Source of the DNA: Gracilinanus agilis
Lineage: Eukaryota
Assembly (NCBI RefSeq): GCF_016433145.1
Contig: NC_058131.1
Span: forward strand, 574,676,082-574,740,081
Direction: 5' to 3'
DNA length: 64,000 nt
The translations under genes and the position numbers were made by a program. The notes beneath the pieces are model-generated. The model saw nothing but the letters and a program-made list of their open reading frames with translations. It had not been told where the DNA came from and ran no database searches. Every line of letters begins with the position of its first letter. The stretch's first letter is position 1. This document shows positions 1-12,010 of this stretch, piece after piece.

Positions 1-783
1 TAAGAGCGAAGGATGTTCTTTATTAATTACAAACATCTCTTTTGAACGTTAGAAAAGTTGATATCAGTTAGTTACAATATGTGTTATAACAATTTCTCAC
101 ATAGAATCTAAGGATGAATGAAATTGTGGCCGTTAAATATTCTAGATTCCTTGATGGTGGATGTTCAAAACTATAAAGTCATAAGATTCTTATGATTGGC
201 ATGCTCTGTGGCAGATTATAATTTTGGGAAGTCATCCTTCCAGTTATCTGTTATCCATAATAGTTAGAGAAAGGGAATCTTTAAGAAGCCTTTCTTTTTC
301 TCCTATCTGACCCATAGTGGTATGGGACCCTTCTTTATGCACTTGGCTTTTCCACTCAAGAACTTCAAAATTAGCCTGACTAGGATAATTTATTGTATTT
401 CTTCCCCTTGTGGTTCCTGATCCCATTAACTGAAAGGGTGAGCAAAAGAGCTCCCTTTTCTATGTATTGAAGAGCTTGAGCATTATGATTACCGTTGAAT
501 GTGAGCTGCCAGTGACACTAGTCTAGGAGTTAGAATTTGCTAGGGAAAAAGTAAAGCCTCAAACCATTACACCCTGACACATTCCTTCTTTCTTTTTTAT
601 TGAACTCAACATTTACAGCTCTGTACCTTTCTAGAACTTATAACACTAAAAAATGGCTTCTATGCAGAGCAGTAGTTCTCCCTTCCTTGACCCCCTGATA
701 CTGTTTGTATCAGCAGCAATTAAAATTTGATTTACTAATTCCTTATTGCTGCTTCTCCAGCTTCTTATTTTTCATCTTCATGG

Positions 784-850
784 AGCTCTAGTGCTGTAAT
801 AGCAGAGCAACACCTCCTCAGCCATCTGGCCCAGGAAAAGAGGCACCTAA
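784..850 (+). pseudogene. CSNK1G1: Degenerate homologue of the CSNK1G1 short-isoform (gamma-1S) alternative terminal exon
   Basis: 784-813 reads SSSAVIAEQH and 818-850 reads SAIWPRKRGT* in a shifted frame. The human 1S tail as recalled is SLRTVTAEHYDVNNSAIWHRGRGT*. The expected acceptor AG is GG (782-783). Confidence 0.55.
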
Positions 851-1648
851 ACAAAATCATCAAAAACAACACAAATGAGCAAGATCAGAATAGAATGAGA
901 TGTGAAAAAACAGGAAAAGGCCAAGAGAAGAGGGCCAGGAATGCCAGCCTTTTCGTTTCAAAGATGAAAGCAGAGTCCAGGGATGTTTGAGTTGAAGGCT
1001 CTCCCTTTGCTAGGAAAGGATCCTCCTCCCTTTGCTTTCTAGAAGGAAGTAATCCACATTAAAGTGAGTAGTTAAAACTTTTTCCAAATCCCGACAGAGG
1101 CTATTAGCTAAGGCAATTATAAAATCATTGGAGACTTTATCGCATCCTTCCATATTCATTGGAAAGATGCCTGCATTTGATTAGGAAAAGAGTCTTGTAC
1201 ATTCATGATTTATGTCCATATTGCCTTAATAAAACATCACCTAGAAGTTGCTTTTGAATGTTATGCCCTATTCTGAAGAGAAGGCATTGTGTTGATATCC
1301 TCAGTGCCAGAAATTACTTTTATTTTTTTCTGGATAGATTTTTAATCAATGAAATCATTTGTAAATATATTGCAATTGCTACTCAAATACTACTAATACA
1401 GAAACTTCAGAGCTTTTTTTTTCTTTTGGGAGTAGACAGTCATGTATTGACTGGTTTTGCTGAAATAAATATAGCCAAACTAACTTTTCCTCAGTGCTTT
1501 GCAGGGATTCTTAATTAAAAGAAAAAATTAAAACAAAATCCACAATTACAGGAAGAATACAACTAATTAACTTGATTTTTGTCATTGCTTGCCATGGCTT
1601 CACCTTTCCTTCTATATATTGCTCTCGTGCTTCCTAATGCCCTAGCAG

Positions 1649-1759
1649 AATGCATCGACAGATCGTCGAGGAGAGTGGGAAATCCAGCCCAGCCGGCAGA
1701 CAAATACCTCGTACCTGACATCTCACTTGGCTGCAGACCGGCATGGGGGATCAGTGCAG
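1649..1759 (+). CDS. CSNK1G1: CSNK1G1 111-nt cassette-type exon ([37 protein letters not shown])
   Basis: Acceptor cctagcag| (TAG 1643-1645, CAG 1646-1648); donor CAG|gtattg; phase 0 at both ends; ends in the [12 protein letters not shown] motif typical of CK1-gamma. Confidence 0.9.
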
Positions 1760-3384
1760 GTATTGCCTTTATTGCCTTTTTCTGACTTTCCTAGCTTGGC
1801 TTTTGGAATGTTGGCATGCTTCTGAAACTCTTCTGTCTTTGGAATGGAAACCTCTACCCAAGGGTAAGCTATTCTTCATATTTTTGGCAGAGCCACCCTT
1901 TTGCTGATTTTTTGGCTTAATCAAACTTACGGAGGTGTTGATCTCACTTCTAGGCATTGTCAGATGATTGTAGGAATGTCAGTAAGCAACTAACATCCTT
2001 ATGATTTCAAATGTTTCTGATTGACTTAGTCTTGTAATGCAGAAAGATAAGCCATATAGTATATACTCTTCATGACAAACTATATTATTTACCTTCAGGA
2101 TTGCCTAGCCATTTTAAACATATCTGTCTGTACTTGAAAAGACATTTGAAGGCTTAAGAGTTGAATTAGTGTTGACCAGACAGAAACTGTATTGGTAATA
2201 GAGAACTTTGAACAAATCATAGTGGTATGAGAAATATCCCTTAGGCAATCTTACGGCACACTAGTACTTGGAAGTAGTGTTCACTGGCTAGCTTTGGCCA
2301 AAGGTTATATAAAGCTTGCTTAGCAGTGGTCATGCTGATATGTACTGTGGAGTACAGGAAGTTTAGTATGTGAGCATATGCCATTATATGTTTTTTCTAC
2401 TAGGTGATTAAGAGGTTGGATTATTTCTTTTCTTTTCCAATAAAAACAAAACAAATAACATCCAGAAGAAACGCCATCATTTATTTCTGATGTCATCTAG
2501 GTTACCTTGATTCCTTCTTCTCCTCTTGAGTACTAAGAAGACCAGTTCCTTACATTTTCTTCATCACTAATTATATTAACTTTATTCTTTATCTTTTTCT
2601 TCATTGGTGATTTGCCACATTCATTACTGTGTACTTGTATCAAGGAGGACCCGCTTGTAAGAACCCCATCTTGATATATTTTCTTTTTTTAGATGTTTCA
2701 GAGAAGTAGTCATTCAATTTCAGAATACGTTGTTGCCTTTGATGTGAAATTGTGGAATACTGTAGTGCATTCTTTGTAATGATTTGATAGATTGGAAGAT
2801 CTGTGGGGAACCCAAACTCAGGTGGCATTAGGAATGCACAATTATATGAAATTTCCAAATGTGGAATTTTAGTTTTTATATTGAGTTTGATTTAAGAATC
2901 AGTTTTTCCTATATAATTTTTCTCCCTATCCACCTCTCCCACCCCATTTCACCCCTCAAAAAAAATCCAACCGTTCATCCATAGAAAGAATGTGCCATCA
3001 AGTTTTCTCTTGCACATAAGACATTTCTCTGTTACCCTGTTTGTGCTTGTGTCTGATACCAAGTTATCTTAAATTCATAAAAAATAAATGTAAAATTCTG
3101 TATTTAGATTTTAAGAACCATTTGATTCAAAAAATCAAAAATGCAAAGAAAGTCTGAACAGTAAATAGTTCCATTTTAAAAAGACCTTAGTCTTTTTAAA
3201 GTATATTTTATACTTTTTATAGTAGACTGTAAGTTTAACATGATTCATCTATGTAATGTGTAAACCAAAACTGATTTATCTTAGATATACTAATAAAAGC
3301 ATAGGGTTCATAATAAGAGAATTTATAGTCCTACTTTATGTAGTCTGCCCGGATCCGACGGCATCCGGAGTATTCTACTCAGTT

Positions 3385-3820
3385 GTGTCTTGTGTGAAGA
3401 ATAATATACTGGAGTTAATCCAAAAGACAGGAACCATGACAGTAAAAGAACTTTATCCCTGGCCATATGAGGATCAGTAGTAGGAAAGGTGACTGTTTAG
3501 CCTGGAGAAGAAGAAACTTAACAAGAGCATGATGGCTTTTTCAAGTATTTCAAGGCCCTCCATGTAAAACTTTGTTTTGCTTGAACCCAGATGATAGAAG
3601 CTAGGAGCAGTATGTGAAAAGAGGCAGATTTTTACTTACTATAGAAAAAATCTACACAAAAGTTAAACAACTTTTCAGAAACACAATGGGCCGCCTTTGG
3701 GGAAATTAGGTTGCCTTACTGAAGGTATTCAAGTGGAGACTGAATGAACTCTACTTCTCAAGGGTACCAATTCAAGAACCTCAAGCCTCTAAGGTTCCTT
3801 CCAAATTTGAGATTTTTTCA
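3385..3820 (+). mobile_element. CR1/L3 LINE 3' fragment
   Basis: cctggagaagaagaaactta...ttcaagtatttcaagg...gaggcagattt resembles the L3 3' end as recalled; boundaries approximate. Confidence 0.6.
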
Positions 3821-4869
3821 GTTTTTCCAGACTCAATTCCAGCAACACTTCTTTAATGATATTATGTAATAGTTACTATATCTCTGAATTTTAAACAAAA
3901 ATATTCTAGCCTTTATCATCAACCCTGAGCCAAAACCATTATGCCAGTACCTTGGTAAGTACTGCAATGCTCAAAAGTAGTGCCTACTGGCACAATAGTA
4001 AAGTGTTTGGCAATCACTCAACATAGCCATACCAGAAAAAGGAATGATATCTAATTCTCCAGTTTGTCAGGTCTTCAAAGTTCTTGGATTTTGAAATTTG
4101 TTCCTGCAGTTGCTGCTATGCAAGACTATGTTGTTTGGTCTAAAGTCTCAGATTAAATATATTTTACAAAACTGACTTACTTTGAAGCCATCTTAATTAA
4201 ATTGCCTAGTTGATTTCTTATAAATCCTATTGTAGAAAGATTGTAGGATTTAAAAATATTTAGCTTTTAGTTTGCACTTAGTTGTGTTGAGAATATTTTA
4301 TACCCATTAATCATTTTCACATGATTGAAGTGACTCAGAGAGTTGAGTATTGGTCAAATTCTCTAAATGAGTGAGCAAAAAATGTCACCAGCTATGTTGA
4401 TGACCTCAGGTAAGTTGGCCTTTCTAAGCCTCAGTGGCTTTCTTTGTCAAGTGGTTTTCTAGCTCCCAAGATAAAACTTGTTTCTGTGAATAGTAAAATA
4501 AGTTAGTGTTAAGAAATAGGGAGTAAAATTCTGACTATCATTGGATCTTGGAGCAAGGCTGATTTTTATCCCCGACTCTAGGCCTTCCTTTATAGATATT
4601 TCTTGGATATTGTTAAATAATACTTCAAAAATTTTTGAGATCCCAAAGAAAATAAAACTTGTATTTTGAAATGAAATGCTGGATATTACTTCGTGTTATT
4701 CATATCTATTACCTATGGCTAATTTTATGAAACATAAAGTTCTCTTGAATCCTGTATGAAATTTAATTAAGGAAAAATAAAGTAAACTACAGTACTGATT
4801 AGAGCAATAAATAAGGCTGGGCAAATCAAGTGGAGGGGAGAAAAAGGTAACTTTAAAAAATCAACTCAT

Positions 4870-5000
4870 GGGGACCAACTAAGTGGCTCAGTGGATTGAG
4901 AACCAGGTCTAGAGACAGGAGGTCCTAGGTTCAAATCTGAACCCAGACTCTTCAAAGTTGTGAGATCCAGGGTAAATCACTTAACCCCCATTGCCTTAAA
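4870..5000 (+). mobile_element. tRNA-derived marsupial SINE, 3'-truncated
   Basis: gtggctcagtggattgag...ggttcaaatc (A/B boxes)...cacttaacccccattgcc. Confidence 0.8.
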
Positions 5001-5744
5001 AAGATAAGTAAATTCACTTTAGACATTAGGAAATACTCTAGTGAGTTGATTATATGATTCATTATCATCATCATCATATTCCATTTATGTGATGCCACAT
5101 AATTTTTCAAAACACCTATATGAACATAATTCCATTTAATCCTAACATCAACTCTTTTAAGTGGTCAATGCAAGTATTGTTATTTCTGTTTTACAGAATA
5201 GAAAACTGAAGTTTGGTGAGGTTGCAGCACCTTGCTTGTGCTCTCAGTCTTAGTAAGGGGCAGAATTATCCTAGAACTAGACTATCTTGACATTTAATCC
5301 TTTGTCCTACCTTCTAAACCATTCAAGCAAAATGGACATGTTCTCAGATCACCCTTGAGTTCTAGAATTCAAGAGTTGTAGACTCACAAGGCAGCTGTTA
5401 GTATCTATTGGCCCTGTGGAGTGTTTTCTTTTTTATTATGTCCAAGAGTAGAAACCTTAGTTTTTGTTTTATGTTTTCTGCTGACTCGTTTGTATCTTGC
5501 TTTCTGTTCTCTTTAACATGGGATAAATTCCACTTCAGTTGCATTTAAGCATATACTAAACACTTGCTATGTGCAAAGCATTATGAGGCATTGGAGACAC
5601 AGCTAACTAAAACAATCCTTGTCCTCCAGCTGCAATAACAAAAGAGAAGGCTTTGTACAGAGAGGCAAGAACACTGGACTAGGGGCTCTTTGCCCTTCTA
5701 CTCTCTTGGCTAGACCTTTCTAGTTTAAACAGCTTCTATAATTC

Positions 5745-5746
<2 letters not shown>

Positions 5747-5782
<36 letters not shown>
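5747..5782. repeat. (AT)n microsatellite at a SINE tail
   Basis: About 18 AT units. Confidence 0.95.
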
Positions 5783-5785
<3 letters not shown>

Positions 5786-5977
5786 AACCCTTTCATCTTA
5801 GAATCAATACTGTATAATGGTTCCAAGGCAAAAAAGAACAGTAAATAGCTAGGCAATGGGGGTTAAGTGCCTTGCCCAGGGCCACACAGTCAGGAAGTGT
5901 TTGAGATCAGATTCTAACCCAAGACCTTCCATCTCTAGGCCTGGCTCTCAATCCACCAAGCTACCTGGCTGCACCCC
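5783..5977 (-). mobile_element. SINE1_Mdo-like SINE
   Basis: Reverse complement of the SINE at 28141/32646. Confidence 0.85.
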
Positions 5978-6752
5978 CTTGTAGGATATACTTTAACACT
6001 TGTGTGTTTCTCCAGAGCAGCTCTTTAAGTGCTTTTTTCACCTAAAGCTCTGCTGTTTACAGAATGAATTTATTAGCATTATCACAGGTGTGCAGTTAGA
6101 ATTTTAGCATAAAAATCACATGAAAGGTTTGAGAAATAAGAAAATGAGCCCATTCTCCAACAGTGTGAAGAATCAGGCAAGCATGATTCTTTAGATTTGG
6201 GACTCTGCTTTTAAGCACTTCAGGAATACTCTAGGGGGCACTCTTGTTCAAATAAAGATTGGACTTCTGAATCTCATTCCAACCATGTTAGTCTAGGATG
6301 CAGTGATCTTTTAGGCCCAAGGTGTGTAGTAAGTGCTTTCTCCAATCAGCAGTTTGGATCTTTAGTCCTATGGTGGGACTTGAGATGGAGCCATTCAACT
6401 TCACTTTGCAGTTTTTGTCATGATGTTTGATGTGATAGGTTTAAACATCAAAAAACTCAGAAGATCCCATCTGGCATTAATGACCTACCTTGTAAACAAA
6501 GTTTACAAAACAAAGCTGTAAAAAAGGATGAATCCTAACTGCTGCAAGTAGGAAAGATGTGTATAAACAGATATTTAGCTACACTAATAGTTCCAAATTA
6601 TAGTTGGAAAAAGTAGCCTCTGAAAAATGAAACAAGACTGAAAGAGTTTAAAAAATAAGGTTGGCTGTTGGGGGATAGGAGTGGTGGTTATCATAGCCTG
6701 CTGTGCCAACAAAAAGACAAAGAAATCTTGTTACTTGAGCAGAAAAGGAGCT

Positions 6753-6951
6753 AGGGAGGTGGCTCAGTAGATACAAAGCCAGGCCTGGAGATGGGAAGTC
6801 CTGGGTTCAGATCTGGCCTCAAGATATTTCCTAGTTGTGTGACCCTGGGTAAGTCATTTAACTCCCATTGCCTAGCCCTTACTACTCTTGCCTTGAAAGT
6901 GATACTTAGTATTGTTTCTAAAATAGAAAGTAAGGATTTATAAAATAAAAT
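6753..6951 (+). mobile_element. SINE1_Mdo-like SINE with TSD
   Basis: TSD aaaaggagct (6743-6752) / aaaaggaact (6952-6961); A-rich tail. Confidence 0.85.
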
Positions 6952-7453
6952 AAAAGGAACTGGCCAAAACTGCAGAGAAGTTTCTGGAGAAAATTGTGAA
7001 TATATTGTTTCCTAAGCAATATTATTTCTTTCTTTGTTGTAATGTTTCTTGTAGCCTAATTTCCAGTTTGCTGAATTCATGTAATTATAGCCTAAAGAGA
7101 AATCATTCATCAAATTGTTTTAACCTTCAGAGAACAGCTGTGACATTTTTAATTTCATGATTTCCTTAGAATAAACCTTCACTCAAAGAAGAAACTCTGG
7201 TAATTTGTTAATTTCACCAGCAGAAATATTATTTAGGTTTTGTCTTCTCATCTATTGCATGTCCAGATGCTTAAATGCAATTCCTAAAGTATCATTACTA
7301 TCAACACAGAAAATTAAGTGTTCCAGGGACTGTCCAAGTGGAAGCCTTGCCTTGTTTTCTTCCGCCTAGCCCCATGGAAGGCCACCTGATCTCAGGACCT
7401 AGCAGCAACTTTGTAGTGAGCAGCCTCTGTTACACTCTGCCTTTTTGTTTCAG

Positions 7454-7560
7454 GTGGTGAGCTCAACAAATGGAGAGCTGAACGTTGATGACCCAACAGG
7501 GGCACACTCCAATGCACCCATCACAGCGCATGCCGAGGTGGAGGTAGTGGAGGAAGCTAA
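7454..7560 (+). CDS. CSNK1G1: CSNK1G1 penultimate constitutive coding exon ([13 protein letters not shown]...EVVEEA+aa)
   Basis: Acceptor ttttgtttcag|, donor AA|gtacgt, 107 nt, phase 0 to 2; peptide matches CK1-gamma-1 as recalled. Confidence 0.95.
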
Positions 7561-7643
7561 GTACGTTTATCTTTCAGAGGGCCTTTTGACCATGGATTCA
7601 GATATGTTGGGGGTTTTTTCTCCTTTAGTACTCCACTTTGAAT

Positions 7644-7728
7644 NNNNNNNNNNNNNNNNNNNNNNNNNNNNNNNNNNNNNNNNNNNNNNNNNNNNNNNNN
7701 NNNNNNNNNNNNNNNNNNNNNNNNNNNN
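7644..7728. other. Assembly gap (85 N)
   Basis: N run. Confidence 0.99.
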
Positions 7729-7729
7729 A

Positions 7730-8042
7730 TGGCCATGGATGAGGAGGGAAGCAAGGTGTAAAAAGACTGGAATGGATGAGGCCATAAATACTTTCCAAGA
7801 TAAACAGAGAATGTCATATTTGATTATGGAGGTGATTGGAAGGTACTGGAGTTTATTGAGTGGAGTGGGTAGGAAGAGAGTAAGATCTTCATTTTAGGAA
7901 GAACATGTGACAGCTGAATGAAGGATAGTAATGGGGAGGCACTAGAGACTGGAAGACCAACCAATAGGCTACTGTGATAGTCCAGTAAGAAGCAATGCAA
8001 CCTGCACACCAGGTGGTAGCAGTATCAGAGGGGAGAAGGAGT

Positions 8043-8076
<34 letters not shown>

Positions 8077-8430
8077 TGAGATGCTATAAAGGTTAAATCA
8101 ATAATCCTTGCCAAAAGATTAGATATAAAGGATGAGAGAATACAATGAGTCAAGGATGACACCTAGGTTGTGAACTTGTATCACTATGAAGATGGTGAAA
8201 CCTTTGGCAATAATAGAAAATTCCCAAAGGAGGGAGGTTTGAGGAGAGGAAGAAAATGAATTCCACTTTGGTCTTTTGAATTTAAGATGTCAACAAACAC
8301 ATCTATTTAAACATTTTGGACAAGCAGTTGGACATGCAAAGTGTTGGTCAGTAGAAAAATTCAGGGTGACAAATAGAAGAGAGAATCATCTACATAGGGA
8401 TGATAATTGATTTAATGGGAACTGATCACT
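7730..8430 (-). mobile_element. LINE2 fragment (contains an internal (TA)n at ~8043-8076)
   Basis: ttttaggaagaacat...gaccaaccaataggctactgtgatagtccag...ggatgacacctaggttgtga is similar to the L2 at 51722-55380. Confidence 0.65.
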
Positions 8431-8521
8431 GGGACAGTGGTTGCTATTAAGGTCTCACCTTACTAAAAGCTTGAGGTTTGAAGCTTCATGGTTTTAGTTT
8501 AAGGCCTGAGGTACTCTGTCC

Positions 8522-8745
8522 TGGGCCAGTTAGGTGGTACAGTGGATAGAGGATAGGGCATGGATTCAGGAAGTCCTATGTTCAAGTTTGATCACGGCAA
8601 GTCACTTAGTCTTCTCTGCCTCAGTTTCTTCATCAATAAAATGAGCTGGAGAAGGAATGGCAAAACCATTCCGATGTCTTTGCCAAGAAAATGTTAAAAG
8701 GGGTCATGAAGAGTTGGACATTACTGAAACCAACTAAACAACAGC
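8522..8745 (+). mobile_element. MAR1-like SINE (CORE with RTE-type tail)
   Basis: gcctcagtttcttcatc...aatgagctggagaaggaatggcaaaaccattcc...tttgccaagaaa...ggggtcatgaagagttggaca. Confidence 0.8.
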
Positions 8746-9179
8746 AATTTTTCCCAGAGCAAATACTGATACAAGATACAAGCTCCAGTAAGATATACAG
8801 GCATTATTCATTGGATTTGTTAAGGCTCTGAAAAGTATTGGAACAGTTAAAAAGCCTGGAAAGCATTCCAGTTGGGCTCAATAGGGATGACTTCTGATTT
8901 TAGAAGGATCACGGTGATGGCATTCTTTCTAGTTTCCTCACTCTGTCTCTCATACTGACCTATCTGCAGATATGAGGGAAAAAAAAAAGAATTATTCCAT
9001 TGGCTCAGCCACTGGTCCCATTGTCTGAGCTGTTTATTGCCTTGAGAATCCAAACCCCTAGTGATGTTAGTAAATCTCTTGAAATCACACATTAACAATA
9101 AACAATCTTCCATCAGTTCATTCCTACTCATCACAGTAATTCTGAACCCCTGCCTTTCATTATTCAAAACTTAATCAAT

Positions 9180-9520
9180 TCTTTTTAATCCCCATTCCCT
9201 CATTTTCATGTTCCTCAACCAAACCTTTCTTTACAAAATCCTATTCTTTATCTATTCACCCCTTCCAGTATGCTCTCTGGAATACATGCTCATAGGTAAC
9301 ATTTTTTCTTTCATTTGAATATTTTTCCTTTCCCACCCCTTTGATTTTCAGATTCTCACCGAGACCCGATTCCCTCATGATACTCCAGTTTCCCTGGTCA
9401 CTCTTTCCAGCACTAGTTGTACTCTTATGCATTCCTCCATCTAACTGGTCCTGATGTTGAAGTTGAAATACTCCTTGCCTTCCAATCCCAGACTCTACTT
9501 CTAGCTCCATCATCACTCAC
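9180..9520 (+). mobile_element. LINE2 fragment covering the start of the ORF2 endonuclease
   Basis: ccccttccagtatgctctctggaataca reads PFQYALWNT, cf. PFHCTLWNT in the L2 at ~55240 (-). Confidence 0.55.
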
Positions 9521-9600
9521 TAGTCAGTAGCCAATAGTGTCTCCTTTAAGGTTCTCTCTCTCTATCTCTCTGTCTCTGTCTCTGTTTGTCTCTGTCTGTG

Positions 9601-9838
9601 NNNNNNNNNNNNNNNNNNNNNNNNNNNNNNNNNNNNNNNNNNNNNNNNNNNNNNNNNNNNNNNNNNNNNNNNNNNNNNNNNNNNNNNNNNNNNNNNNNNN
9701 NNNNNNNNNNNNNNNNNNNNNNNNNNNNNNNNNNNNNNNNNNNNNNNNNNNNNNNNNNNNNNNNNNNNNNNNNNNNNNNNNNNNNNNNNNNNNNNNNNNN
9801 NNNNNNNNNNNNNNNNNNNNNNNNNNNNNNNNNNNNNN
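9601..9838. other. Assembly gap (238 N) next to a CT/CTGT microsatellite
   Basis: N run. Confidence 0.99.
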
Positions 9839-9907
9839 CATAGTAGCTAATGTACTCCAGCACGCTTAGAGTCAAACCAACAAACTAAGGGCATTTCATT
9901 ATCATCT

Positions 9908-9911
<4 letters not shown>

Positions 9912-9959
<48 letters not shown>
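9912..9959. repeat. (AT)n microsatellite
   Basis: About 24 AT units. Confidence 0.95.
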
Positions 9960-9963
<4 letters not shown>

Positions 9964-11744
9964 CTTGTTTCCATAATCTTCTTCAATCCTGCATTTCGGG
10001 GGGAAGGGGGTTGCATGTTACTTTATTGCTGTTGCTGATCTTTCTTAGCTGTGATGCCTGCAGAATGTCATTTTTACAAAAAAAAATTTTTTTTTGCCAG
10101 AGAAAATTACTGACTCAAAATGATCATATTATAAAAAAGTGTATCCTGTAGTCCCAAGCTTCACAAAACAGACTTCCCTACTTCATGTGGGGTGTGTTTA
10201 AAAATGTTCCCTAAATTTAGATTGTTGGCCATAGTGATCTTAAATTAGGGGCTCTATTGCCACTTCTTTCACTATAAATCTTTCTAGACCCCCTACTGAA
10301 TGCATTAGGACTAAAATAAGGTAGATTATGTCAACAATCCCAAAGTCTCTGGATGGAGAAGAATCTTTGGAAGGGAAAGAATTTATAAAATGTCATTAAC
10401 ATTAATAGTTGAGGGAATTACTGCTTTGCCCTTTCTGCTTCTTCTGCATGTGTACTTATTTCCTTTCTAGCATCACCTCTTCTGCATGATCTGTGTTTAA
10501 ATTCTTTGGAACAAGGGTGTGGGGGCAGGGGGGGGGGCTAGATTGGGGGGGATTGGTGGGAATCATCATTTCCATCACCTTGCTTCCTCTTCCTCTTGAC
10601 AAAGCAAAGCCAAGTTTGGGTTCTAACAAGTGTCCTTCCAGAATGTTTGCCCTTTGGTTATTTATCTATTCATTGCCAGGGCTGGCTAAAATGTGGCTGA
10701 TTTTGGATGAAAATCTTTGAGTCCCTTCAGGAATCACGATCCAAAAGAATGATCAAGTTGGGTTGTTTCTCTAAAAGACAATGTATTAATAGGATCTTTT
10801 TGTCCTGGGTAGTCTCTTGAGACTTTGATAGTTTGAATAAAAAAAAAAGTAAAGAAACAATCCAGACTCAGTACATTTTTAAACAAAAAGACATTAACCT
10901 GTGTCTACTTTATTCTCCTATCTTAGCATAGGTTTAAATTTTTTTTTTCTATTCTGTTCTCTTGGACTTTATTTGCTAAACAGAATTTGCTTTGGAAATT
11001 ACCTTTCTTTGGATCTTAGAAGTTGAGACTTTATTCTCAGTAGACAAAATGCCGGTGAAGATGAACTGGGCTTCAGTTTTACATTTGAGTGCCTCCTCAA
11101 TGCAAAGCATTTTTACAATTCAATTTACTCTGCTGCTGAAGGGCACCTGCCACTTTTTCAATGAATAAGAGACTCAGTGAACATAGAGTGAGGGATAGGG
11201 ACTGGACTTGTGATATCATTGGTAGGAATATTGTCTCAGATGACAAAAATTTCCTCTTACTGATGCTGGTCATATTTTCTAGAATTGCCTAGAGCACTAA
11301 GAGATTAAATGACTTATCTAATGTCATACATCCAGTATATTTTAGAGATAGTACTTGAACTCAATTCTAACCAGCTTTGAAACAAGCTCTCTCTTCATTA
11401 CATCTTGCTGCCTCTAAAGAGACAATTCAAAGGTAGTTTTTGGGTAGGGAACCATTGTCATTGTAAAGGGACAATCTCTTGTTTTTCAGGAAAATGTACT
11501 GAGTTTTTCTTTTTGCCATTTTTTTCTTTTCCCCTGAAAAGCTATAGTAAGCTAATGTAAGCCAATGTGTTCCTGCTCTTCTAATGCAATTTGACCTAGA
11601 CACTGTGCCATTGGGATTGCCAGGAGTGTTCCTCACTTCTGCCACCACAATCCTCTACCACTTAGAATACTTTTGTTTAGGAACTCCTTGGAAGGAAGGA
11701 AGGAAAAAAGAAAGGAAGGAGATAGGGAAGGGGAGGAAAGAAAC

Positions 11745-12010
11745 AACCATTTATTAAGTGCCTACTATATTGGGCACTGTACTAAGCACTTCACAAATAT
11801 TATCTCATTTGATCCTTAAAACAACCCTAGGAGGTGGGTGCTATTATTCCCATTTTACAGTAGGGGGAACTGGGGCAGACAGAAGTTAAGCAACTTGCCC
11901 AGTCACATAACTATTGTGACTAAATTAAATAGTTAAATCTGAGAACAGATTTAAACTCAGGTCTTTCTGACTTTAGGCCCAGCACTCTATCTACTATAAC
12001 ACTTAGCTAT
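11745..12010 (-). mobile_element. MIR/CORE-type SINE
   Basis: catttattaagtgcctacta...cccattttacag...aacttgcccagtcaca...aactcaggtctttctgact. Confidence 0.75.

Noticed and set aside
2693-2821. Possible 129-nt poison exon in CSNK1G1 (ttttttttag| ... cag|gtggca) with an in-frame TAA
   Set aside because: The donor is weak and there is no homology or conservation evidence; such pseudo-exons are common in long introns.
7445-7897. 150-aa ORF starting [10 protein letters not shown]
   Set aside because: Only 7454-7560 is exon. The rest is read-through into the intron, an N gap and an L2 fragment.
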